DNA of 64,000 nucleotides from Thalia democratica (Eukaryota): NCBI GenBank assembly GCA_965202585.1, contig OZ241833.1, positions 5,084,001 to 5,148,000 of the forward strand, read 5' to 3'. Shown piece by piece: positions 1 to 12,400 of this stretch (position 1 is its first letter; each line of letters starts with the position of its first letter). The notes under the pieces were generated by a model. It saw only the letters and a program-made list of their open reading frames with translations, ran no database searches and was not told where the DNA came from. The position numbers and the translations under genes were made by a program.

Positions 1-1096
1 CAATCGTATTATTAGATAAAAATTGTAATGTTTCAGTTTTTTAAAGCAACTTTTTACAAACAAAGTAGGTGGTGGCTTTAAAATTCCATCAATTTTAGAA
101 ATGTTTTGACAAAGTATACTTAAAATTTTTTTAAAAAACTATTTATTAAAAAAAAAAATGTTTAGAACTACTAAACAGCTGATTTACGTTTTAGCCTAAC
201 TTTACATACGGTTGTTCAGAAATCAAAATATATAAGTCTAGCAAGTATTGGATGAAATAATTATTTTTACGTTTTAGCAATGACTACATAAAACGGTTAT
301 AGATTATTTAAAAGATTTATAAGAACGGTTAAAGCAGTTAAAAATATTTTTGTTTACTAAAATAAAAGTTTTACTTGATTTTATTTGAGTTTTTACTTTT
401 AAACAAATGGGTAATGTAGCAGTCTGTCTGTTTAAAATAATTTACACCTATAACCTAAAATAACACCTATATTTATAACATATATAAACTTTCTAAAAAC
501 TTTCTAAAAGAATGATTTTATTAATAAGATTGTTTAAACTTGTTCATCATTGCTAGAAAATATAACTAAATTAACGTAAAAATAAAATAAAAATTAGAGA
601 TAAATTGTTTAAGATATAAAAAAAATAAGAGAAAAAAATAAAAATTTTGTTATTATAGAAATATTGTTAATATATTTAAACATAAAAAATTGTAGTTTCT
701 CTACATATAATGTTTAAATCGGATGCCAGACAACCTCTAATTGTGTTAGATAAAACAGCTTAAGTGTAAGAAGTAAATTATTTAAGTGACTTTCTTTTAA
801 ATTACTTCTACAAAAGTGTTAAATTGTATCAATATTTTTTTCGTATTTTTTAAATTAGTTTTGGAAATTTTTAGACACATGTTTTTATTATTTTAATGAA
901 AGATGTAATAGTTATAATCTTATTTGTTTTTAACTTTGTATATTTCGATGTGCTTAGATTTTTATATTCAAGTTCAAAATATTTTGTTATTTAGTAATGT
1001 TCAACCAAATAAAAGGTAGTAAACTTTTGATAATGCAACTGATACAGAACTTAAAAATATACTTTTTTTATAAAACTAAAAAATAATAATATATTG

Positions 1097-1180
1097 TTTA
1101 TTAAACGACAAAAAAGCGCTCAAAATATTTGGTCCTGAATATGGTAAACAAAAAAACCATCGGTTATTGAGTCGTACACC
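1097..1180 (-). repeat. Structured dispersed repeat (GGTGTACGA-hairpin family), copy 1 of 8
   Basis: Reverse complement ggtgtacgactcaataaccgatggtt...ggaccaaatattttgagcgc...tgtcgtttaataaa. Confidence 0.8.
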
Positions 1181-2668
1181 TATTTATAAATTACAATATT
1201 ATATTACGTTTAGGAATAATTTTAAACTTGGTAAATAATACAATAAAACTGTTATTTTATACATTTGTAACCATTAAAAAACCAAAAAATACTTAAAGGA
1301 AATGAATAATTTTTTAAATATTTTCTAAGAAGTACACTAGCGCCTAATAGCGATATTCATTTCATTGGTTCATAACTTAAAGATTATAAATAATTTTGCA
1401 ACCTTAATAAAAAAGTTGATAACACATTAAACAGTCATTATCCATATAATATTTGTTAATATACAACTAAGTAAGCGTCTTTTTCTCTTACTGAAAGTAA
1501 TTTTTGCGCAAATTATTATTATTTTTTAAAGTTATAAACAGTTTGTTATATAACAGTTGTAACAGTTTAAGCTTAGTACTTGATTTGATTGTAAGTTTAG
1601 TTTCTCTAAATACTTTTAAATACTTTACAAACTGTAGATCAGACGGTTAATTTGTAATTTACATTAATATTCCTTTTAATTTTAGTAGATGGCTACTATT
1701 TTTTTCAGTTTATTTAGACTATAAGTTACGTCGTTAGTTATGTAAAATGTATTTTGTCAGGTTTTCTTGTACAAACTTTATAGTTATTTTTATCTACTTT
1801 GCACAAACTTTGTAAACTTTCAGCAAACATGAATACTGTTTATTTAATAGTTTTATATTATTTAACTATGTGCTTGTTTCTTACTGAAAATTGTTGTAAA
1901 TACTGTATAGTTTAATATCGTTTAAAAACATGTGCTGCAAGCTTTGAAACTCAACTAACTTTTTATCAGATGTCTGTTTGTTATGGAAATTCGATAGTTG
2001 TTCTTCCTTGGGATATTTATTTTTGATAAAAAACTATAAAAACGCTTTGGTACATTTGAACTATATAGTTTGTTTTTGCTTTGTATGGGAAGAATAAACT
2101 TTTAACGACAGCTCAAAATTTTTTAAAGCATGATATAAAATTTAAAACTAAAACTTTAGTTTATTATTGATGTTTTACAACAATTTTGAAGATAGCAACC
2201 GAAGTTCATCAAAGGGTGATTCAATTAGAGATCAAATGATGTTATTTAGTTTACATAAACTCATAACTTTTTATCGTTTGTGTGCGTACACCTTATGACT
2301 AAACAATGATCTTTTTTTTAAGAAGTTAAAGTAAATTACAAGTGTTTTAAAATAACGACGTTAAGAGAATTTAAAATCTTGATTTTTCTTTTCATTTTAG
2401 AAGTTTTGTCTATGTAGTTTTTGTTTTGTTACGATACTTAAGTATTTTTGTTTATACTTGTTTTTTTAGGGAATTTGAAACACTTACCTGATATTTTTTT
2501 GTTTATGAGAAACATTTTTTTCTCAAGCATAAGTTTTAACTATATTAAGATTAACTTAAAATTCAAGATTAATTTTACTTAACTCTTTTTAACAAACACT
2601 TTGTTTGTAACTTTTCATAAAATTAACTAAAACAAATAAGCTTGAACGTTACTACTATTTAAATAAAT

Positions 2669-2812
2669 TTTTATGGAACGACAAAAAAAAACACTCAAAA
2701 ATATTTGGTCCAATGACCTAGTGTACGAAAAGCTCTTTCGGTTATCGAGTCGTACACTACTTATAAACAGTTTAACGTCTTTCCCAGGACTATATATATA
2801 CTATTTTGGACA
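2669..2812 (-). repeat. Structured dispersed repeat, copy 2
   Basis: Reverse complement gtcctgggaagacgttaaa...agtgtacgactcgataaccgaaa...tcgtacactaggtcattggacc. Confidence 0.85.
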
Positions 2813-4760
2813 TAATGGTTTTTTTACTTGCGTCTTTTAAATCAACGGCTTTACATGACTTCAACACTAAATGAAATTTAAAAAAAACCCTTTGTTTAAC
2901 TGTCGTACAGCAATGCAAAATTAATTGTATAAATATTGTCTTTTCTTTATATAATGTTTAACTTATATTTTTCATGCTGTACTTTAAAGTAAAAATTGAT
3001 ATAATATATGAGACAAGGCTCTCTATAGTATTTGGGCATGAAGTTTTTGTCACGTCACTAAAACTCATGACCTTTAAATATTTTTATTAGTGAACCACTT
3101 TTTTGCAAAAAAAAAGTTCATGTTAACTTTATCATTAGTAAACAAAATGCTTTTCGGTTATTTATACGAAATTATAATTCAGTTTGATTTTAGTTTTTTC
3201 ACCAGTTGATATGTTTTAAGCTTTCAAGTGTAGTTAACTAATCAATGAAGCTAAACCCTCAGAACTGACATTTTAACTTTTGAGGTTACATATTGGTTTG
3301 CGTTCTAATCAATTTTTCTACTTAAGTCGCTGCAGTCGTGATTGTTTTGGAGATTTAAATTGATTAACATGTATGCTTGGTTGTTAAAATATATTTTTAC
3401 TGATTGTGTGTACCATTCAACTGTTACACTGTTTTATTTCAAGACAACTTTGCGGTTCAAGTTTTTACTAAAATTTAACACTGTTTATAGGTTTAATAAT
3501 AATTATAAATTAATGTTATAGCTTTGATTATACTTTTTAAGTATTTAGTGATCATACAAAACTTTGCTTAAAACTTCTGATTTAAGCTTTGTTTAGACAA
3601 TTTTTGTTTATCGTCACTAAACTATTTTTTAAATTCTTAAGTACAACTTTTATTATGAATTTAAAATAAATTGACAGTTTGTTAAATTTTACAACTTTTT
3701 TAAACCGTAATTTGTTAAAAAACCTGTAAAGTTCTCAGTATAAGTATGTTCATTGTATTACTTTGACAGTTAAAATTTCAAAACTTAAGCTTTATTTTAA
3801 ACCAATTTCAAGACAGTGAAACTTTTATGAAAATTTCTTAAGAAATTAACTTGTTTTATCACGTGAGCAGACATCATAATCTATAGAACAAAAACATTTT
3901 TAGAATAAAACTTTTAAGTTGTTTGCACCTCAGGTTTTTAAGAAAATTTATACTTATTTTCTATTGCACCTTTTGTTCAGAGTTAGAATTAAGCCTTTAT
4001 CTATTTTTAAACTCAGAGCTCAAGCTGAAATTGTCAAAATGTCTTTGCTACCTTTGTAGTCTAAATGTTAGCCAATTTAAGAAAAAGATGTGTTAATTAT
4101 AAAAAAATATTAAAAAAAAGTATAACTTTATTTTTGCCTCGTTAAATTTTTTTGTAGCGTTTTACTTTGCATTTTGTATTACATTTTGAAATTAATGTTT
4201 TACTAAACATATCATAGTACATTTTTTTTTTAATTTTCAAAAGCTTGTTTTACAAAACAAAAGTAGAAAAACATACAATTTTTCATTACAGTAAAGTATA
4301 TTTTGGCTTCGTGGTTTATTACATTCAAGAGAGGAAGGCACCACAATTATTGCAATATATCTTCAAACGTAATAAAAAAAGTTTGTGCAGAAGTTCTTAA
4401 AACTGATTTGAGATTTTTAATCAAGTATGAGATTGATATTAAACTTAGATTTATTATCAATAAAAGGGTCAGTCAGTTAGTTTGATTTCTTTAATTTTAA
4501 GCTTTGAAAAAAGCTAGTATAGACATTTGTGCTTCTAAAAGCTCAAAATTTTTTGAGTTTTTTTTTTTATCTTATGTGAATAAATTAAAGCTGTTGAAAA
4601 ATATTTTTAAATTATTTAAGTTTGATTTTAAAAATCAATGATTTACCACATGTTTTTTAATTATAAAAGTTATGCTTTGTAACAGTTTTTGTAATTTACA
4701 AAGTGATCTAAAGCAAATTAAAAATTTTTTTTTTCATAAAAATGAGATAATGTTAACAAA

Positions 4761-7380
4761 ATGATTGCATCAAAACTGCTGAAGCTTTTTGTTTTTCTAT
4801 CAATGTATGTTTTCAACTTAGTATCGACAAGCAAAATTCTTTTGGGTTTGAACTGTTTAAGATACAATGGCATGGTCAGAAACGGAAACTGTGAATGTGC
4901 TAGATTTTTGTCAAATGTGCGCTTTGTATTAGATACTTTTAATCTAGATCTAGAAAAGCTTTGTCTTGAAAATGAAAAGTAAGTTAGATACTATTAGTAA
5001 AATTTTTAATTTTAAAAGTGAAATAAGCAAACAAATTTATAGCTACCTAGCTTAAGAATCGATTTTTCAGTTTAGTTACCAAAGCTAGACTTTAAGTGTT
5101 AAATTAAAACTGCATTAGGTATTTACCTAATTTTTACTTTTAGTATTATTTAAAGTTTTAAAATTGCTTTTGAAATATAGCTTAAGTTTTAAAATATTTC
5201 TGATATTCATTATCTTTTGATCAATGAGCAAGGTATTACCGTTTTAGTAAACAAATAACTTTGAAAAGATTATTGTTGTAAAAAATGCTCTACTAAAAAA
5301 TAGAGATTTGTATGCCTAAAGCTACAAAAATTAGTTGTATTAAAGTATTATATGCATACATATATCTAAAACTATAAAAATTCCTAGGAAAATGTTCTGT
5401 ATGGTCTTACTTTAACTAAAGTCTATTCAGTGATTTCTAATTTTAAGTCTAAAAATGTTTTTACAAATACTACTAGTATGTTTAAATACTTGCATTGCAA
5501 TACAAATTAGTTACTTAAATAATTTTCAAAAGTATTTATTAACTTATTATTTTGTTTACTTTGATCACTTGAACTTACTTAAAATTTTGATTTACATATT
5601 TGTAATTTCATTCTAAGTACCTAGAATCGAAACTAACTTATATTAAAAATTTTGTAAACTAAGAATATCATGAAGCTAGCTTTGAAACTAAAATCATACT
5701 TTAAAAGTTATTTACAGTTCAAAGTAAAGTTTATTTTTTTACATTAGCAATACAGCATACACATTGTGTTACCAACATTTTATTTTGTTTCAAATGTTCA
5801 AACATAGCATGTACTCGGCATTCGAATGTTTTTTCTAACTTTTAAGTCTTGCAAAAACTACAAGTTTATTTAAATACTTGCATTAAATACAAAACAGTTC
5901 TTTAGACTATTTTTAAAAGTATTTATTTACTTACTTTAAAAGTAGAATACTTTGGAGATCACTTAGGCTTACCTAAAACTTCTAAATACATATTTGTAGT
6001 CTTAATCTAACTAGCTAAATCAAAAAACTTTTAAAACTTAGAGTAACATAAAGCTAGCTTTGAAATTAAAAGTACAATTTAAAAATGATTCAGAATTAAA
6101 AATAAAGTTTCTAACATACAGTTTTACGTTATCAATATAAAATAAATTTTGTGATTTCAGTAATTTATATACATATATATATCAAAGTTTCAAGTATAGC
6201 GTGTACTCGGCATTTGTAGAGAGATGCGAGTTTCAAGTTCCAACAAGTCCTTCTCCGTACTACTGTGGCAAGTTTGTTGATGAGAAATGTATGTGTTATT
6301 TTTCTTACTATACGATGAAAAGTTATTTTTAGCAAGTACATTAATTGATATTTATATAAGTGTAGCTTAAAAAAACAAAACTATTTAGCAAGTAATTTGT
6401 TTCACTGCTTTTCAGTCGTCGTAATAGTATAAAGAAAAATATGGTTATAGAGTAGGGATGGGCAACGTACGGCCCGCGGGCCGGATCCGGCCCGCAGATT
6501 GAAAATGACCGGCCTGCAAGCAAAGTGACAGACCTGCGAAGGGTCAATATTACAAAGTTTTTATAAAACTTTGCATTATATTTTTTCAAATCAAAACTGT
6601 AAGAACTTGACTTCAAAAACATGCTAAAAAATGACTTAGTAAATTAATGTGTTCTAATAAATATACCATTTAGTTCTAATACTCTGTGTTGTTCTAGCTT
6701 AGCTGGAATATCGTTTTGTCAAGTTACCCCAAGCAAAATGTTTTTTAAGTACGATGTTTTACATTTGTACCTTTGTCAATTACAATGTCAATTATATTTA
6801 TAGACATTGTTTTAACACCTAACATGTCTCAATAAATATCTTAAGTTGTCAGACTTGAGAAAGATTTGTGAATTTTAAGGATTCAAAAAAGTGATCCACT
6901 GTATCAATATAATAAGATTCCGGCCGGATCCGAAGCTTATATTTTAATAAGAATTCGACCGGATCCGGATCTAAAAAGTCGTTATTCGACTGGATCCGGA
7001 CACTGGATCCGGTTAATAACTAATTCAAAATGCTCCGGCCTGCAAAAGACTAAATATTTTCGAATCCGGCCCGTTGATTGAAAAACGTTGCTCACCCATA
7101 TTTAAAGGGTAGTTCTAAAATTTATTTCTAAAGATAACATGCAGACACAAAAACTACAATTTAAGCAATGAACTATGTATAACTACTTAAAACTAACGGT
7201 TCATAATATCACTAATACTTAATAGTGCATAAGGAAATAGTCGAGTGTTGGAAGAAGAACGAGTACAACGGACAGAGTTCGGTGTACATGGTGTACAAGG
7301 GAAGGTGCACACTGTTTTGTGGGTTCAACAGGTATGGTAGAGGTTGCAAGTACTTCAAGAGCATTAGCTTCATTAACTAA
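4761..7380 (+). CDS. Small secreted cysteine-rich protein, 3 exons, about 153 aa, 10 Cys
   Basis: Exons 4761-4978 (signal-peptide-like MIASKLLKLFVFLSMYVFNLVSTS; donor GTAAGT), 6200-6288 (alternative in-phase acceptor at 6161; donor GTATGT) and 7226-7380 (stop TAA). Phases 2 and 1 match. Exons 2-3 are more GC-rich than their flanks. AATAAA lies near 7433. Confidence 0.6.
5470..6214. repeat. Diverged tandem duplication, period about 392 bp (intron plus exon-2 start of the secreted-protein gene)
   Basis: Paired blocks tttaaatacttgcatt, aaagtatttatt, gatcactt, tacatatttgta, aagctagctttgaaa and tagc(a/g)tgtactcggcatt (5811 vs 6203). Confidence 0.8.
6453..7100. mobile_element. hAT-type MITE with an internal CCGGATCCGG-rich insert
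   Basis: tagggatgggcaacgt ... acgttgctcacccata termini; cggcccgcgggccggatccggccc subterminal block typical of hAT non-autonomous elements. An isolated matching end gttgcccatcccta lies at 52094-52107. Confidence 0.8.
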
Positions 7381-8930
7381 AGTTTAATTTAATTCATAAA
7401 TATAGAACTTTATTGCTAAAAAAGTCTCTCATAAATAAAATTATTTTATTTTAAGTTTTTTGAATACAGTTGTAGACTTTTTTTATTAATCAAAAAACTA
7501 TTATTTTAAAATTAATATTTTAATGTTAGTTGAGTAGTAAAATAACAGAAAGCTGGCAATAAATAAAAAATAAATACCCTTTTTATTTTAAAGTAACATT
7601 GTATAGCTTATCTACAGATTTACTACTCAATCTAATCAAAATTTAAAATATACATCAGTTTCACAATAACTTTGAATAATTTTTTTACAAAACAACTTTT
7701 TAATATTTTAAATAGTAATAAAATTGTTTTTTATTTCTAGCTAAAAGTGTGTTATTATATATTATTGAAAGTATTTTGCACAACAAAATTGTATTTAGAA
7801 TGTTACATTTTTAACAAACTTCAAAAAAAAAGGTTTCTATTGTTAAACAACAAATTCCTAATCAAACACTATTGTAATTTTTTTAGCCAACTAAAAAATA
7901 TTCTCTGAATAAATTAAAACTATTGAAACAAGTTTACAATTTGTTTTTAAGTGTTTTTTTTTTCAACTTGGCTTTAAGCTTTGTGCATTACAATTATAAT
8001 TGTATTTCTTTTAACACATTATTATATTAAATAAGAGTTTTTAGTTTAATGATTTTTTTATTTTTGGTTATTCTTTAGATTACTTTTTAAAATTGTTATT
8101 TTAATTAAGTTCAGAATACTTACAAACTTTTGTTTTTTTTAACATGCCAACGTAAAAAAAAAAGTTATAGATGTATATACTTTAACAGAAATTTAAGTAT
8201 TTAAAACTTAGCTGAGATAACTGTTTCAAGAAAACTTATGTTGAAAAATATCTTTTTATGAGAAAACCAGAAAAAAAAACATTTTTTAATGTTTTTAAAT
8301 ACTTTTTTTGCCTTTTAATAATACAATTTTAGACTTAGACAAGTATTCAAAATATGAAATTATATTTTAAAACAGAAGGAAATTTGTTGTTATTAATATT
8401 ATTGATGTTTTTTTTTGTTTTTTATTAAAAGCACAAATTTAGCATTACTACTTTATTTTCATTTATAAAAGTTAAGTTCAGTTACGGTAGAACTCACTTC
8501 TTTAAAGTTATTTAAAAGTTATGCAATGGTTTATTTACCTATTCAAATGTGAAATTATTTTTACTGTTCAATTAAAATTATCAAATAAATTAAAAATAAC
8601 ACTTTTAGCACAAAATACTGATAAAATTGAACGTAAAGATATTTTAGCGTGTTACATTTTTACTTTCTCTAAAGAGGTTGTAACCTATCATTTGTTTGCT
8701 ATAAGTGTTGTTTATCTCTTTTTATAAGTTTATTAAAAGTTGTATCTATTTTTTAGTTCTTATGTTACTAAACAAGTTTTGAAGTGAATTTTTGTACACA
8801 AAATTCACTTAATTTTGTCTAGTTCTTTTTTCTTTCATTTCGTTTAACTGATTGCTTTATTACTAAAGATTTAAGCATTTAAATGATAAAAAATTAAATC
8901 TAATGGCTCGTGAAAAACTTTATAAGCATG

Positions 8931-9018
8931 TGGTGTACGACTCGATAACCGAAAGGTTCCTTTGTACACCAGGTCCTTAGACCACACTTTTTGAGCGCTT
9001 TTTTTGTCGTTCAATAAA
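8931..9018 (+). repeat. Structured dispersed repeat, copy 3
   Basis: ggtgtacgactcgataaccgaaaggttcctttgtacaccaggtccttagacc...tgtcgttcaataaa. Confidence 0.85.
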
Positions 9019-9433
9019 TAAGTATTAAGACTATACTTTATGAAATTTTAATGGTTGGTTTAAACGTTGCATAATATTGTTTTTCTTTAAAAAAGTTTTT
9101 TGATTAGCCGGAGTTTTTAAGAGAACATTGCTCAAACAAAATAACTAACTGTAAATACTCATACAAAACTAGCGTTCAAATAAAACTAATACAAAAGCTT
9201 ATTTTATATTAGCTTGTTTGTCTTACTTCAAGAACATATTTTGAAAAAGTTTTTTGAAACATTCTTTCTAAGTTATTATCTTAATGTATTTCAAGAACTT
9301 ATTCATCTTTAAAGAAGAACATCTTAAAACTTATATTGTACTGGACAAAATAATTGTTTTTTGTTACAAACAAGATTTTACTTTTAAATCTTACCGAATA
9401 AAAACTTCAATAAATTTGATTGTTTGTTTTTTA

Positions 9434-12400
9434 TTAAGCTTTTGGCTTTCTAAAGTAAGTTGGTAACATTAATTTAGAACTTTGATTCTTTGTTTTAGAG
9501 TTGTTGTCTTGTATTTTTGCGGAGTTATTTTCATTACTGCTTTCATGAATGTCAACTTTACTTTTGAAAATTGAGCTAACTTTTGTTTTTAGATTATTTT
9601 TCTTATCTTTGACTCCAGTTTTATCGTTTTCCTCTGTTTTGTAGACTTCAATAGTTTTTGGTTCTTCTTTTATTTTATTGACTTCAATAGTTTTTGGTTC
9701 TTCTTTTGTTTTGTAGACTTCAACAGTTTTTGGTTCTTCTTTTATTTTATTGACTTCAATAGTTTTTGGTTCTTCTTTTATTTTATTGACTTCGATAGTT
9801 TTTGGTTCATCTTTTATTTTATTGACTTCATTAGTTTTTCGTTCTTCTTTTATTTTGTTGTCTTCATTATTGTTTGGTTTATCTTTTATCATGTTGTCTT
9901 CATTAGTCTTTGGCTCATCTTCTACTATGTTGTCTTCATTATTGTTTGGTTCTTCTTCTTTAGTTTTTCTCCAGTCACCTTCCTTTATTTTTTTCTTACG
10001 AAACGTAAACTTTTTCTTTGCCGCTTTTAAACCTTTAATTTTTAGGTTTTGAGGATATAATTTCAATGTTTCTTAAGATAATGTTTATTACTATTATTTT
10101 TTACAAAAATTTCAACACGACTATGATAAAGTTTTAAAACAGAAATAAATTTGGTAAAAAAGTCTTTGGAGGTTTATAATCTAATAGTAAAATAGAATTT
10201 AGTTTTTGAAGAATTTCAGTAAAACTAACTTAGTCAAGCACTGTTAAAAAATAAAAACACTGTTCACTATTCTTATATGTCTAATTGTAAAAACTAAGAA
10301 AGAAAAATGTCTTAAAGACTAAAAAATTTAGTTTGTTGAACTTAAATTATACCATATTATAGATATAAACTTTTATTATTCTAGAACTTTTGAGAATTCA
10401 TTTTACAAATATTTTGTATTTATAAGTTATTAAAATTTTAATATTATTAATAAAACTTACTGTTGTTCTCTGTATGTGTCAGGTATAAATTTAAAAAACA
10501 AGTATTTATAAAAAACCTTTAGCGCGTTTTTCCTCGGCAACCTCGAAATCTTCATCAAATTTATCATCTGCTTCCTTTTTAGCTCTGTCATAACTTTTTC
10601 TTGCCTTGTAGTGTTCAAACTTTTTGTCTAGCTGTTCACTTTCTTGCTGAAACACTTGTTCAGCTTCAACTACTGCATTATCACACTTTTCTTTAGCCTT
10701 GTTTATTTCTACTCGATACATGCTATCGTTGAAACTTCCCGACAGCTTTTATAAAGTTATTTTTAGTTGAAACAAAAGTTATTAAAAAAATGTAAAAGCT
10801 TTAAATGAAAAAGGTTTTTCAGGTATTTTTTACAACAGTTTTATAAATTATTAATGTACAAGTTTTTTATATGATCTTCTGTTTATTATCCACGTTGGTA
10901 AGTGTATTAGCCACGAGCGTTGGTGCTTTTACAACAACGCCAAACAAAAATTAAGTTGAAAAAAAGAAAAGTTTACAAACTTAAACTATTTGAAAATTTC
11001 TTCAGCTTTATTTCATGTGTTAGCAAGTATTTCAAATTTGTTATGGAAATTTTAAAGTTTCAAAAGCAAAAGAAAAAACTATTAAAGTATAGTAAATAAA
11101 GTGTGTAGAATAATTAAACTGTCGCTCATTTTACTATATATCAATTTTTATATTGTATATTGTATATGTAATATAACTATATATATGTATATAGTTTACA
11201 TTAGTTTTGTGTACTCAAATACTTTCTTAACAATGAAAAATCTGAAACGAGATATAAATATAAACATTGAAAATTTAGTAAAATGAGATAAAGTTCAACT
11301 ATTCTACAAAGTGTTGTTAAACAATAAACTAAATTTTACTTTTGGTGAAATTTTTTTGAAAAATACAAGATCTTTATAGCAACTTAGACAGCTTATTTTT
11401 GAAATAAAATTCAACATGACAGATAAATTTCTAATATCTAAATACTACAATTTGTTTCAATAGTATCTTTAAGACATAACTCTTGAAGAAGATACAAAAA
11501 AACTTTCAGTTTTGGTATTAAAAAAAAAGTTTACTTTGCTAGTGTTAGTAACTAACATAGCATCTAACTTACTGTTACTTATAAATAAATTTCAAATTTA
11601 AATGTTTTAAACATTTAAAAAAAAAATCATAAAAAGTTTATTCAAAATATAAAGTACTTTAAAATAGTTTATTTATGATTTGATATCTACTTTTGTTTTT
11701 AGTTATAACTATTTAGACAGCTACAACAAATAAAGCACTCTATGTTAAAAAATTATTAGTAAAATAGTTACAATAATTACAAATTTAAACAGTATTCTTT
11801 CTTTATTACACTAAAATATGTTTCTGTGTTTTAACGGATTAACACACTTTAACGGAGCTCTGTAAAAAAATAATTACTATAAAAAAAGAATAGAAGCTAA
11901 AGAAATTATAAATATTTGTTTATTTAAATAAAAATAAATACTATAGATTATTGTAGATTAATGGTTAATAAAGATACAATACAATTAACAGTACTAATCA
12001 ATACAATACAGGTATCTGTTATTAACCATAAGTCTACAATAATCTATAGTATTTATTTTTATTGTTAATAAACACATATATATACCTAAAGTAGCTTCCA
12101 TTCTTTTCTTACAGTATTTATTTTTCTACAGAGCTCCGTTGAAGTGTGTTAACCAGTTAACACACAGAAACATGCCTTAGTGTAATAAAGAAAGAATACT
12201 GTTTAATTTCTTATCATTGTAAATTCCACCGAACATGTTTCGCTAGGATCTCTATCAAAAAACCCTTAAATTTATATTTTCAATAGTTGAAATAACTATA
12301 TAAATACAAACCTCAGTGGAATATTCATAGTCTGTTTGATCTTTTTTGTTTTTATTTAATTTTCTTTGCACGACCTGTTCAAAAGAATTTTTTGTTCAAC

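Noticed and set aside
1750-4490. Short open stretches with possible splice sites (about 1760-1840, 1870-2035, 3290-3420 minus; ORF 4303-4485 plus)
   Set aside because: They could not be chained in phase, have intron-like AT content and show no recognisable motif.
6341-6622. 93-aa minus ORF
   Set aside because: Crosses the left end of the hAT MITE; no coding features.
9750-10052. 100-aa hydrophobic + strand ORF
   Set aside because: Antisense shadow of the K/E/N-rich repeat exon on the minus strand.
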